In this document: one piece after another, positions 20,032 to 30,584 of the stretch
How positions within the stretch are numbered: position 1 is the first letter of the stretch
How the letters are laid out: every line of letters starts with the position of its first letter
Assembly: GCA_963810165.1 (NCBI GenBank)
Contig: CAWEMG010000020.1
Span: 2,243-66,242, forward strand
Reading direction: 5' to 3'
DNA length: 64,000 nucleotides
Source: an uncultured Gemmatimonadales bacterium
Lineage (GTDB): Bacteria; Gemmatimonadota; Gemmatimonadetes; Gemmatimonadales; GWC2-71-9
Notes under the pieces: model-generated
Databases searched by the model: none
What the model saw: only the letters and a program-made list of their open reading frames with translations
What the model was told of the DNA's origin: nothing
Program-made: the position numbers and the translations under genes

Positions 20032-21260
20032 TCAAGCCAGCTCCGCCAGCCTCCGCTCGAGGAAGTGTCGCTGTCGCTCCTGCGTGGTGAGGCTCAATGC
20101 CCTTTGAAATGACCTGGCCGCTTCGTCCATGCGTCCCAGTCGGCGGCACAGCTCTGCCCGCGCCGAGTGGGCCACCGGATAGTCGGCCAGGTCACCGCGG
20201 GCCAGGATCCCGTCTATCAGGTCGAGCCCGGCTTCAGGCCCGTCCCGCATGGCCACCGCGGCGGCGCGGTTCAGCTCCACCACCGGCGACGGATCCGCCT
20301 TCAGCAGCACGTCATACAATCCCACGATCTCGGCCCAATCGGTGTCCGCCGGTGTCGATGCCCCGGCGTGCACTGCCGCAATGGCGGCCTGAAGCGTGTA
20401 CGGGCCGAAGCTTCGGGAGCGGAGCGCCCGCTCGACCAGCGCCGACACCCTCCGCGATCATCTGCTGGTCCCAGCGGCTCCGGTCCTGATCGTCCAGCAG
20501 CACCAGCTCTCCATCGGCCGAGGTGCGCGCCGGGCGGCGGGACTCGTGCAGCAGCATGAGGGACAGAAGGCCGAGCGCTTCGGGCTCGGGGAGGAGCTCG
20601 ACCAGGAGGCGGCCGAGCCGGATCGCTTCGGCCGAGAGGTCGTACCGGGTGAGCGACTCGCCCGAGGTGGCGGAGTAGCCCTCGTTGAAGACCAGGTAGA
20701 CAACGTGGAGCACGGTCGCCAGGCGCTCGGGCAGCTCCGCCCGCGAAGGCACCTGATAGGGGATCCGCGCCGCCTTGATCTTGGCCTTGGCGCGGACGAT
20801 CCGCTGGGCCAGGGTGGGCGCCGGGGTCAGGAATGCGCGCGCGATCTCTTCGGTGGTGAGGCCGCAGACCTCGCGCAGGGTGAGCGCGATCTGCGCGTCG
20901 GGCGGCAGGGCAGGGTGGCAGCAGGTGAAGATGAGGCGGAGCCGGTCGTCCTCGACACTCTCGTCATCGAGCTCGGCCGGCGGGGTGACGCCGTCGCCCA
21001 GACGATCGGCAATGCGGGCGAGCGAGGCGTCGAACCGGGCCCTCCGGCGCAGCCCGTCTATCGCCTTGAAGCGGCCGGTCGAGACCAGCCAGGCCCGGGG
21101 ATTCCGGGGGAGTCCCTCCGTCGGCCAGCGCTCCACCGCCGCCGCGAACGCCTCCTGCAGCGCCTCCTCCGCCAGATCGAAGTCGCCCAGGAGGCGGATG
21201 AGGGTGGCGAGGACTCGGCGGGATTCTTGCGCGGTAAACGACCTCCACAGCGTCCGACAT
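20032..21260 (-). CDS. ECF-type sigma factor with long C-terminal extension (the kind paired with YCII proteins), two frame breaks
   Basis: ORF 20312..21265 has LAEEALQEAFAAAVERWP, RLRLIFTCCHPAL and LTLREVCGLTTEEIARAFL. The C-terminal domain continues in ORF 20032..20448. The N-terminal MSDAVEVVYRA lies in the frame of ORF 20964..21260. Confidence 0.8.
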
Positions 21261-21271
21261 AGCACAATACC

Positions 21272-21353
21272 GTCATCCTGAGCGCAGCGAAGGACCTACT
21301 CGAAGCTTCCAAGACTATGCTGAGCAGGTCCCTCGCGTTGCTCGGGATGAGGA
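21272..21353. repeat. GTCATCCTGAGCG...CTCGGGATGAGGA palindromic intergenic element (short type)
   Basis: GTCATCCTGAGCGCAGCGAAGGACCT pairs with AGGTCCCTCGCGTTGCTCGGGATGAGGA. It lies between the YCII and sigma genes. Confidence 0.8.
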
Positions 21354-21362
21354 TGCAACTGC

Positions 21363-21758
21363 TCACGCACCCGCCGTCGCACCCTCCTGCCCCTGCTTCT
21401 GCATCTCCTGCGAGAAGTCGATCACCGGCCGGACCTCGATCGACCCGTGACGGGCCGACGGAATCCGCGAGGCGATCTGAATGGCCTCGTTCAGGTCGCC
21501 GGCGTCGATGAGGTAGAAGCCGCCCAGCTGCTCCTTGGTCTCGACGTAGGGCCCGTCGGTGGTGGAGATCTTGCCGTTCCGGACCCGGACGGTGGTGGCG
21601 GTCGCCGTGGGCTGCAGCGCCTCGCCGGCTACCAGCTGGCCCTTGCTCCGGATGCCCTCGGTGAAGGCAAAGTATTCACCCATGACGGCTTCGGCCTCCG
21701 CGGGCGGAATCGACTCCCAGGCTTTCTCGTTCTCGTAGATCAGGCACAGGTAGCGCAT
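21363..21758 (-). CDS. YCII-related (DGPF) domain protein
   Basis: Internal ATG 21758 of ORF 21363..21839. Sequence: MRYLCLIYENEKAWESIP...DGPYVETKEQLGGFYLIDAGDLNEAIQIASRIP. Confidence 0.8.
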   Translation of the reverse strand: MRYLCLIYENEKAWESIPPAEAEAVMGEYFAFTEGIRSKGQLVAGEALQPTATATTVRVRNGKISTTDGPYVETKEQLGGFYLIDAGDLNEAIQIASRIPSARHGSIEVRPVIDFSQEMQKQGQEGATAGA

Positions 21759-21922
21759 GCGTCCCTCCAGATGGTGTTTGAGTGATGCTCGGCAGATAGT
21801 CGTTTGGCGGAGCCTGGAATCGACATCGACCCGGTTCACCCAGTACGCCTATGGCTCCGATGCCGTTTCAGATCTCATCGCCGGGATCGGCGCAGCAGGA
21901 AGGCATGTCCTGCCGAAATGAT

Positions 21923-22377
21923 TCAGGGGCAGCTTCGAGGGGACAGTTCCAGCGGCAACGGACCCGGTGCCGGTTCTACCCCGAAATCGGCGAAGTAGGT
22001 GCCCTGGCCCCGCCAACGTCCTTGCTGGTGCCGCAGGGAGAAGCTGTAGCCGGTATACCCGCCGCCGAGGACCAGCTGGATCGTACCGCCTGAACCGGGG
22101 GCCCACCAGGAGAGCGGGGCCACCGGCTCGGCGTTGCCGGGTTCCCGCACCAGGAGGTGACCCGGTTCGACCCAGAGTGGTGCCTGTTCAGCTGAAAGCT
22201 CGATGAGTGCCGGAAGGTACACGTCGGGTGCGGGGTACCACCCAACACCACCGCATAGCACCCGGTGATCGCGCCGGTGGACACATCGGGGTCAGGGACC
22301 GGTGACGACTCCGTCACCGGCGAGGAGGAGCAAGATGACAGGAACAGTGCGGTGGACAGGACCAGGTGTGGGCGCAT
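21923..22377 (-). CDS. hypothetical lipoprotein, one frame break
   Basis: ATG 22377 gives MRPHLVLSTALFLSSCSS (ORF 21976..22434 frame). It continues in ORF 21923..22261. The 3' end is uncertain. Confidence 0.35.
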
Positions 22378-22600
22378 GAGAACCTCCGCTGGAGATTCAT
22401 CAAGGGAGACGTAGCACGCGTCTCCCGCCCACACGCAGCCAAGGTCCTACTTGGGGATGGCGTCCACCCCGCTGCACCACCGACGCGACGGCCCCGTCGC
22501 GAGGGGGGAGGCTGTCGCTGCCGACGTACACGATGCGGCCATCCCGAGGCACACCGCCCAGGCCGGCAGCCGGAGAGATTTCATGGCTGCGGATTGGAGC

Positions 22601-22646
22601 GATTCTTCGCTTCGCTCAGAATGACAACCTGTCGCTCAGAATGGCA
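22601..22646. repeat. half-copy of the GCTCAGAATGAC element
   Basis: GATTCTTCGCTTCGCTCAGAATGACAAC followed by CTGTCGCTCAGAATGGCA. It matches the 3' arm of the copy at 17348-17439. There is no 5' arm, and it abuts the DPP-IV stop. Confidence 0.6.
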
Positions 22647-24934
22647 TTACCGGGGACCGGCCGCCAGGTTCTTCTCCAGATAGCTGGTGAGCAGCGAAAA
22701 AAGGTGAAGTGAGGTCCCCTCGCCCTCGCAGATGCAGTGGCTCCGGTTGGGGTAGGTCATCATGGTGAAGGGGCGGTTGGCCGCCACCAGGGCGTTGATC
22801 AGCCGCTCGGTCGAGGCGTAGTGCACGTTGTCGTCGCCCGCGCCGTGCACCACCAGCAGGTTGCCGCGCAGCCGGTCGGCATAGGTGAGCGGCGATCCCT
22901 CCTGATAAGCCTCCGGGTTCTCCTGCGGCAGGCCGTAGTACCGCTCCTGGTAGATCGTATCGTACAGGCGAATGTCGGCCATCGGCGCCACCGACATGCC
23001 GGTCTGATAGAGATCGGGGTAGCGGAACAGGAGGTTGAGCGTGGTCGGAGCCGCCCCCGCTCCAACCCCAGACACCGATACGGGTGGAGTCCACCCACGG
23101 CCAGGCCTTCATGGAGCGAAGCGCCGCGGCCTGATCGGCCGAGCTGATGGCTGCGATCTTGCGATACACCACCTTCCGGAAGGCGCGTCCCCTGCGGCGC
23201 CGGCGTGCCGCGGTTGTCGAGCGACGCGACCACGTACCCCCGCTGGGTCAATAACAGGTGCCAGAGGTAATTGCCGCCGCCCCAGCGGTCCAGCACGGTC
23301 TGCGACGCGGGCTCGCTGTACACATGAAAGACGACGGGATACCGCCGGGTGGAGTCGAAGCCGGCCGGCTTCATGACCCAGCCGTCCAGCTGAAGGCTCG
23401 CTCCGGCTGGAACTTTCACGAACCCGGCGCTGCCCCGGCGGAGGCGGGCTACCGCCGCGCGCAGCCGATCGTTCTTGACCAGGGTGCGCACGACCTTGTG
23501 GTCGGGCAGGCTCACGACGTCCACCACCGGCGGCGTGCTGAACGTCGAGTAGGTGTGCAGCGCCCAGCGGCCGTCGCCCGAGATGCGATAGAGGTGATAG
23601 CCCGGCTGATTCTTCGGAGTAAGCCGTTCCGCCTTGCCCTTGCCGTCCAGCCGGCTCCGATAGAGGTACAGCTGGGTCGCGTTCTCCGGCGAGGCGGTGT
23701 AGTAGATCCAGCCTTTGGCTGAATCCACTCCCGTCACCACCGGCTCACCGAAGGCGCTGGCGGGGTTGTGCAGGTCGAACGGCTCCTTGGTAACAAGGCG
23801 CACCTTCCGTCCGTCGCGCGAGACGACGTAGAGATGGCGCCATCCGTCCCGCTCGCTGATCCAGGTAAAGCTCTTCCCGCCGTCCACCCAGCGAAGGTCG
23901 TTCACCACGTCGGTCCAGGCGCTGTCCCGCTCGACCAGCACGCTGCGCACCTGGCCGGTGGCGGCGTTGCCCAGCATCACGTTGTTGGTGTTCTGCAGCC
24001 GGTTCAGCTGTTGCAGCACCACCTCGTCGGAGTTGGCGGCCCACTCCAGCCGGGCGATGTAGTTGTTGCGGGGGTCGCCCGGCACGCCGAGCCAGACGGT
24101 GTTGCCACCGGTGGCACTCACCACGCCGACGCGCGCGGCCGAGTTGGTGGTGCCGGTCTTGGGGTACTGAACCGGAATGGTGAACGAATACGTGGAATCG
24201 GTGTTGTTGATCAGCAGGAAGTCGCGAACGCCGGATGCGTCGAGCTGCCAGTAGGCGATGCGCCGGCCGTCCGGGACTCCAGCGAAACCCATCCCGCAGG
24301 CTGAGCTCCTCTTCGTAGACCCAGTCGAAGGTGCCGTTGATGATGGTGCGGGAGCCGTCGCTGGTGAGCTGAGTGATCCGGCCGTCGGCCAGGTTCTCGA
24401 CGTACAGATTGTTCTCGCGAACATACGCCACTCGGCGCCCATCGGGAGCGAACTTGGCGAACATGAGGGTGGAGGGCTTCGCGTCGCCGCCCAGCTTCCG
24501 GAGCCGACCGCTGGCGAGGTCGAAAGTCCAGAAATCTCCCCGGGTGTTTTGTCGCCACACCTTCTGGGAGTTGGTGAACACCAGCAGCTGCTTGCCGTCG
24601 GGCGAGACGTTGTAGTCCTCGACTGAGAGCGGCATCGAGTCGCCTTCCGGTACCAGACGGCTGGCCGCGACCCATACTTCACGCTTGCCGCTGGCCGCGT
24701 CGTAGCGTACCAGCGAGCGGCCGCCCGGCGTGGCGCTGTCTGTCTCCAGCTTCACATAGGCCGCGGCATTGTCGAGCCAGCGGACCGGACCCAGCCGCTC
24801 GGGGGCGAACTCGGGTGAGTTGAAAATTCGCTCGAGTGAGAGCAGGGAGGAGTCGGCCTGCTGCGCCGAGAGTGGCGAGAGCAAGGCCAGCGCGAGCGCC
24901 GGCAGGGAGGCGAACCAGCGAACGGGACGGGCAT
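22647..24934 (-). CDS. dipeptidyl-peptidase IV family serine peptidase (S9B), several frame breaks
   Basis: Fragments in ORFs 23745..24884, 22799..24682, 22636..23172 and 22647..23075 are collinear with DPP-IV. Motifs: DWVYEEE, FRWSPDGRRIAYW, GVWGWSGGG (catalytic Ser) and LLVVHGAGDDNVHY. ATG 24934 is one base out of frame with RPVRWFASLPALALALLSPLSAQQ. Confidence 0.85.
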
Positions 24935-25012
24935 GGTGGTCTCGTTCTAGGGTACAACCGCAAACTGGAGCGTGAGATCCGGCCCGGTCTGGTGGCGGGA
25001 CCGGTGGAACGG

Positions 25013-25387
25013 TTACGGAGGCCTCGAGCGGGTTGGCCGTTCCGGTGAACTCCAGCGTGCCGGCTCCCTGGATCTCTGCCTGGAAGACGAGCTGCCCGCC
25101 GCTCTGGGTGACTGTGCCAGCATAGAGCCGGCCCAGGGTGCTCGGCTGCCCTGTGCTGCAGTCGAGGGGCCCGGAGAACTCGAGGGTGTACGTCCCGGCA
25201 GGCTCAGGATCAGCTCACCTTCAGCGATAAGACTGTCGCAATCGGCATCGGAGATTGCTAGGTAGGGCAGCGGATTCCCTTCGACGCCCACCAGCGCGTA
25301 GGTACCGAACACCTGGTCATCCGGCTCGCTGCCACAGCCGAGCAAGAACAGGAGCCCGATGAGTCTCCAGGCTGAAAGGCGGATCAT
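25013..25387 (-). CDS. hypothetical lipoprotein, frame break
   Basis: Signal is LIGLLFLLGCGS. After ...AEGELILS, protein-like sequence (PAGTYTLEFSGPLDCSTGQ...) continues in another frame. Confidence 0.35.
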   Translation of the reverse strand: MIRLSAWRLIGLLFLLGCGSEPDDQVFGTYALVGVEGNPLPYLAISDADCDSLIAEGELILSLPGRTPSSSPGPSTAAQGSRAPWAGSMLAQSPRAAGSSSSRQRSREPARWSSPERPTRSRPP

Positions 25388-25447
25388 GGATGGAATACTA
25401 GCACGCTGATGAAACCTCGACCTTCACCGGGCCGTACACTCTCATTC

Positions 25448-26279
25448 ATGACCATATCTGCTGGATTGTTTTCATCTCTCGTTCTCGCATCGGCCGGCTC
25501 AACCTGCCGCCGCGCCAGCCGCGATCGTACAAGGCCCGGTGGATACCATGGTCAGCGTAGGCGGCCACAAGCTGCACTTCGTTTTGCACCGCGGCAAGGT
25601 GCCGGTCACGATCCTGCTCGAGGCAGGCGGAGGGTCAGACCTGACTTCGTGGGCTGCCGTCCCCCGGCTGCTGGCCCAACAGACTGGGGCCACGGTAGTC
25701 GCGTACGATCGCGCAGGACTGGGAGGCAGCGAGCTGGGGCCCGCCGAGAGCCGGCCCGATGACGAGATCCGGCAGCTGCGGACGGCGCTGAGTCATCTGA
25801 AGGTGCCCGAGACCACCATACTGGTCGCCCATTCCTACGGCGCGATGCTCGCGCTGCTGAATGCGGGCCGGCATCCCGAGCAGGTGGCCGGGCTGGTGCT
25901 GGTGGATCCCATGAACAGCCGGTTCATCAAGGCCACCGGTGATTTCATCTTTTCCACCGTCCCCAAAATCGAACGCCCGTCGAACAACCGAGAAAAAACC
26001 GTGGTCCGCATGGTTGCCACCTTCCCCAGCCTGATCGAGGTGGTAGACCGGTTGGAGCCTGGCTTGCGCCAGCCCATGGTCGTGATCACGGCCGGCAAGC
26101 CGTTCTGGGGGAAGCCCGACATAGACAGCGCCTGGCGGCGCAGCCATGAAGCTCTCGCCGCCGCGGGACAACAGCGCCGCCTGGTAGTGGCCGAAGGTTC
26201 CGATCACGGAGTACCGGAGCAGCGTCCCGAGGTTATCGTTGTCGCGGTTCAGGAGCTACTGAAGCGCCGGCGCGACTAA
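25448..26279 (+). CDS. alpha/beta hydrolase, exported, one frame break
   Basis: ATG 25448 gives the signal MTISAGLFSSLVLASAG (ORF 25409 frame). It is followed by ORF 25539..26279 with TILLEAGGGSD, VAHSYGAMLA (GxSxG) and VLVDPMN. Confidence 0.7.
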
Positions 26280-26281
26280 AC

Positions 26282-27007
26282 TCAGCGGGGGTCCGCCTGT
26301 CCTATCTCATGTAGGGCAGTCGGGTACGCTGTCGGGCTCAGGTCCACCGGGGCGCTCACTTCCAGCACCTCGTCCGCGGCAATAACAAACGCGCGGTCCT
26401 CGGGGCTCGGCTGCACCGCGCCCAGTCCGGTGAAGCTTCCGAAGGCGGGTATGATCGCGCCGCGGGGGCCGACCAGAAAACAGGGCAGCGTCTCACGCTG
26501 AAGTCCCCGGCCCACCAGGGTGAGCCCGGGATGGACGTGCCCCGCCAGGCCGTACGCCCCTTCCACATCCACCGGCTCGTGGCGGAAGATGAACGGGGGG
26601 ACGAACGCCGGCGCGTTGACGCAGTTGATCTGAAGATCGTTGGGCGGGTCACCGGCGTGCCGGTCGTGGTTGCCGCGGACCAGCAGGATCTCGAAGGTAC
26701 CCGCCAGGCTCCGCCAGCGGCGCAGCTCCGCCAGGGTATGGGAGGCGATCCGGCCGGCCTTGGCGTGAAAGAGGTCTCCCAGCACGACCATGCGGCGGGC
26801 GCCGGTCCGCTGCAGCGCGCTATCGAGCCGGGCCAGGTCATCACTGGTGGTGCCGATGGGCAACGGGATCCCGGCGGCCCGGAAGGTGGACGCCTTGCCC
26901 CAGTGCAGGTCCGCCACCACCAGCGTGCTGGTTCCGGGCCAGTACAGCGCCCGCTCGCTCAGCAGATACACCTTCTCGCCCGCCAACGTCAGACACACAT
27001 CGGTCAT
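26282..27007 (-). CDS. pdeM: ligase-associated DNA damage response endonuclease PdeM (metallophosphoesterase)
   Basis: Motifs: VVADLHWGK, VVLGDLFH, LVRGNHDRH, GHVHPG. Overlaps the helicase stop by 4 nt. Confidence 0.8.
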   Translation of the reverse strand: MTDVCLTLAGEKVYLLSERALYWPGTSTLVVADLHWGKASTFRAAGIPLPIGTTSDDLARLDSALQRTGARRMVVLGDLFHAKAGRIASHTLAELRRWRSLAGTFEILLVRGNHDRHAGDPPNDLQINCVNAPAFVPPFIFRHEPVDVEGAYGLAGHVHPGLTLVGRGLQRETLPCFLVGPRGAIIPAFGSFTGLGAVQPSPEDRAFVIAADEVLEVSAPVDLSPTAYPTALHEIGQADPR

Positions 27008-29664
27008 CGAAATCCTCTGCCGCGTCCGCTGCCAAATCTGATGCGTCCGTTGCCCCGGTCCGCCGCACGCTCGAGCGGAGCCGCCAGCCGGCGCACACGA
27101 TCCAGAAACTTCTCCGAGCTCACCTGCTCCCGGGCCCGGTCCACCAGGAGCGGGAAGGCGAGCGGCGTGGGGCGCTCCACCTCGCTGATCGTGACCCGCC
27201 CACGGGCGATCCGTTCCAGGGTCCGTCCCAGCCGGCTTTGCTCCAGCTGGCGCTCCAACACCTCGCGATGGGCCTGAAACAACAGCAGGTTCTCGGGGTC
27301 GTACCGGGCGAACACGTCGTACAGCAGGCCGCTCGAAGCCTGCACCTGCTTTACGCTCTTGTTCATTCCGGGATACCCCTGGAAGATAAGCCCTGCCACC
27401 CGCGCGATCTCCCGGAACTGGCGCCGCGCCAGCTCGGCGGCGTTGAGGCTGGCGGGAATGTCGTGCAGCAGGTTGTCGGGCGACACCAGCCCGGCGTCGA
27501 GGGCTTCCTCCAGCAGCGCCGGCTCGGGCGACAGCAGCTCGAAGCCGTAGTCGTTGGCCGCGAGAGTAAAGGTGATGGGGCCGAGCTGCGCCAGCCGATA
27601 GGCGAACAGCGCCGCCAGACCCTCGTGCACCAGCCTCCCTTCGACTGGATAGAAGAACAGGTGATGCCCTTCCCGGGTGCGCACCCGTTCGACCAGCAGC
27701 TCATCCGGTGCCGGCAGCCGGGACCATTTCGCCTGCAGCTCCAGGATCGGCCGAACCGCCTCCATCTCGGCCCCATCGAACATGCCGCGGCGGGCCTGGT
27801 CCAGCTTGGCGCGCACGGCGGAGGCAAGCTCGGGCGACAGGGCCAGCCGGGCGCCGGTCCAGTGGGGAACCACCGAGGTGGGCTCGTTGGTCTTTCGGAC
27901 CCACGCCGTCATGTCCCTCACCCGCACGAACTTCAAGGTCCGCCCGGCGAAGGTGAAGACGTCTCCCGGCCGCAGCCGGGCGATGAAGTTCTCCTCTACG
28001 GTGCCGATCGTCTTGCCCCGGACGAACTTCACCTTCATCGCGGCTTCACTCACGATGGTGCCGATGGACATTCGATGCCGCATGGCGGCGCCCCGGTCGC
28101 GGATGACGTGGCGGCCGTCGCGCTCCACCACCTTGTTGTACTCCGGATACGCCCCCAGCACCTGGCCCCCGTGGGTGACGAAGTCCATCACCCAGCGCCA
28201 TTCCGCGTCCGACAGGCGGCGGAAGGCGCGGGTACTGCGGACCTCGGCCAGCAGCTCCTGGGGATGAAACCCGCCTCCCACCGCCACCGTGACGGCGTGC
28301 TGCGCCAGGAGATCGAGCGGCTGTTCCACCGGCGGGCGAGACTCGATAGCGCCGAGCCCAAGGGCATCGCGCGCCGCGGCGACATCGAGCAGCTCGAGTG
28401 CGTTGGTGGGCACGCAGGTCAGCCGGCTCACTGCTCCGGGCTGGTGCCCGCTTCGTCCGGCGCGCTGGATAAGGCGGCCCACCGCCTTGGGACTGCCCAC
28501 CTGGAGCACCCGGTCGACCGGCGTGAAGTCGACGCCCAGGTCGAGGGTGGAGGTGCAGACGACGCAGCGGAGCCGGCCGTCGCGGATTCCGTCCTCGACC
28601 CATTCGCGGGTCTCACGATCCATGGAGCCGTGATGCAGCGCGATCACACCGGCCCAGTCGGGGCACGCCGCGAGCAAAGCCTGAAACCAGATCTCTGCGG
28701 TGGCACGGGTGTTGGTAAAGACCAGCGTGGTCTTGCCCTCCTCGATGGCGCGGACCACCTCGGGTACCATCCGCAGTCCGATCTGCCCGGACCAGGGGAA
28801 CCGCTCTATGGTCTCGGGGATGAGGCTGTCCACCTCCAGCGCCTTGGGAACGAGGCCCTGGATGATCCGCCCGCCATGGGGGACGCCATCGGGTGTGACG
28901 CCGAGCAACGTGTCTCGCGCGATGTCGAGATTGCCGAGCGTCGCGGAAAGGCCCCAGGTCCGAAGCCCGGGGCGCCAGCGGCGGAGCCGGGCGAGCGCCA
29001 GCTCGGTTTGCACGCCCCGCTTCGACGCCATGAGCTCATGCCACTCGTCAACCACCACCAGCTCGAGGTGGTCGAACAGCTCAGCTGCATCAGTGCGACT
29101 CAGCAGCAGCGCGAGACTCTCCGGGGTGGTGACCAGCGCGGTCGGGAGCCGCTGACTCTGGCGGGCTCGAATCCGGGGAGCGGTGTCGCCGGTGCGGGAC
29201 TCCACGGTCCAGGGGAGGCCCAGGTCTTCGACGGGGGCGCGAAGCGCGTCTTCTGTATCCGCAGCAAGAGCCCTCAGTGGAGTGATCCAGAGGACGCGAA
29301 AGCGGGTGCTCCCCGGCGTCCTGCCCGGGTGCCCAGCCGCCCCGCGAGCCGGGTAGTCCCTCAGCCACTCGAGCAGCGGCCCCATCCACGCGGCGTAGGT
29401 CTTTCCGGTGCCTGTCGCGGCGTGGATCAGTCCGCTCTCGCCGGCGAGGTAGGCGTTCCAGACCTCCTCCTGGAAGGGGAACGGCTCCCAGCCCTCGCTG
29501 GCGAACCACTCGCGGACGCACTCGATCGGCTCGCGGCCGGCGCAGTCGATCGGCCGAATCGCTCGGCGCGGCTCCGGTGTCTCGGCCGGCTGGGCCGCCC
29601 GTTGCTCCCGCTTCCGCGCCGCGCGTGCCCGGCGGAGATCGACGGCGAGTGCGGATCCCCGCCG
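27004..29664 (-). CDS. ligase-associated DEXH-box helicase (Lhr-like), 5' end unresolved
   Basis: ORF 27004..29385 has LVVVDEWHELM, TLVFTNTR and VCTSTLDLGVDF. Its in-frame extension upstream reads WFASEGWEPFPFQEEVWNAYLAGESGLIHAATGTGKTYAAW (Walker A). The frame is open up to the stop at 29665-29667, but it contains no ATG, GTG or TTG ahead of the Walker A. Confidence 0.85.
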   Translation of the reverse strand, partial: RRGSALAVDLRRARAARKREQRAAQPAETPEPRRAIRPIDCAGREPIECVREWFASEGWEPFPFQEEVWNAYLAGESGLIHAATGTGKTYAAWMGPLLEWLRDYPARGAAGHPGRTPGSTRFRVLWITPLRALAADTEDALRAPVEDLGLPWTVESRTGDTAPRIRARQSQRLPTALVTTPESLALLLSRTDAAELFDHLELVVVDEWHELMASKRGVQTELALARLRRWRPGLRTWGLSATLGNLDIARDTLLGVTPDGVPHGGRIIQGLVPKALEVDSLIPETIERFPWSGQIGLRMVPEVVRAIEEGKTTLVFTNTRATAEIWFQALLAACPDWAGVIALHHGSMDRETREWVEDGIRDGRLRCVVCTSTLDLGVDFTPVDRVLQVGSPKAVGRLIQRAGRSGHQPGAVSRLTCVPTNALELLDVAAARDALGLGAIESRPPVEQPLDLLAQHAVTVAVGGGFHPQELLAEVRSTRAFRRLSDAEWRWVMDFVTHGGQVLGAYPEYNKVVERDGRHVIRDRGAAMRHRMSIGTIVSEAAMKVKFVRGKTIGTVEENFIARLRPGDVFTFAGRTLKFVRVRDMTAWVRKTNEPTSVVPHWTGARLALSPELASAVRAKLDQARRGMFDGAEMEAVRPILELQAKWSRLPAPDELLVERVRTREGHHLFFYPVEGRLVHEGLAALFAYRLAQLGPITFTLAANDYGFELLSPEPALLEEALDAGLVSPDNLLHDIPASLNAAELARRQFREIARVAGLIFQGYPGMNKSVKQVQASSGLLYDVFARYDPENLLLFQAHREVLERQLEQSRLGRTLERIARGRVTISEVERPTPLAFPLLVDRAREQVSSEKFLDRVRRLAAPLERAADRGNGRIRFGSGRGRGFR

Positions 29665-30484
29665 TCAATCGCGCCGTCCGCTGAATGCCGGCTGCGAGGT
29701 AACGGTCGGCCGAGAAACGGAGGGCCTGCTTGGCATCCTTGAGGATGTTCTGGCCAAACCACGCCCCATAGATCTGATCGAACTCGAACGGTTCGACCGC
29801 CTCCACGATCTGCCGCACCGTGCGCGGGCTCAGCGGGATGTAGTTCGGATAGCTGTACATGAAGCTCACCGTCTTGCGGTCCAGCCCCACCTGGATCACA
29901 TCGCCGGTCAGCAGCGCACCCTTGCCCTGGGCTCCGCCGGCCCAGTGCAGCACGGTGCCGCCGGGGAAGTGGCCGCCGCAGCGGATCAGCGTGAGGCCCG
30001 GCGCCAGCTCGTGGGTGTCGCCGTGCCAGAAAACGATGGCGGGATGCGGCCGCATGACCCAGTCGCCGTCCGCCGCGTGCAGATAGATCGGCACGTCCCC
30101 CAGGGCCCGGCTCCACTCGATCATCGAGGCGTAGTAGTGCGGATGGGAGATGGCGATGGACGACGCGCCGCCGAGTGCCTGGACCGCACCGACGCTGCGG
30201 TCGTCGATGAAGCTGATGCTGTCCCATAGAATGTTGCCGCCGCCGGAGCGTAGATGCAGCGCCCGCTGGCCGATGGCAAACTTCGGCTCGGTGGAGATGC
30301 TGATGAGCTCCGGGCCCTCCACGTCGAGCTGGTTGCGATGGGTGGCCTGCATCTCCTTGAGCGTGGTCCACTTCTGCCCGCCGGCGGGCACGTACTGCCG
30401 CTCATCCTCGCAGATGGCGCAGTGCTCCGGCGGCAGCGCGGAGTCGGCCTGCTGCACGCCACAGGTGGCGCAAATAAATTTCAT
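29665..30484 (-). CDS. MBL-fold metallo-hydrolase with N-terminal CxxC...CxxC zinc-ribbon, 3' end unresolved
   Basis: Internal ATG 30484 of ORF 29090..30577. Sequence: MKFICATCGVQQADSALPPEHCAICEDERQY, then AISHPHYYASM (a degenerate HxHxDH), WHGDTHELAPGLTLIRCGGHFPG. Protein-like sequence stops near ...FSADRYLAA. The remainder of that ORF is out-of-frame helicase. Confidence 0.65.
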
Positions 30485-30584
30485 GTCAGGGAAATAAAGA
30501 GCGTGAGCGGAGGTGAACAGCGGGAGCGGTAACTCAGGACCGCTGCACTGCTCAGAGTCGCACGTCGTCACAGCCATTCACTGC

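Noticed and set aside
27238-29742. 834-aa plus-strand ORF, and similar long ORFs such as 7667..8863 (-), 2391..3443 (-), 36138..37154 (-), 44378..45436 (-) and 42550..43503 (+)
   Set aside because: They lie antisense to genes with clear family motifs. They are extremely Arg/Gly/Pro/Ala-rich with no recognisable domains, which is the usual stop-poor antisense frame of a high-G+C genome.
29090-30577. 495-aa ORF taken at face value as one protein
   Set aside because: Only residues from MKFICATCG to about ...FSADRYLAA look like an MBL-fold protein. The remaining ~190 codons are an out-of-frame reading of the helicase 5' region, and the first 31 codons precede a better start.
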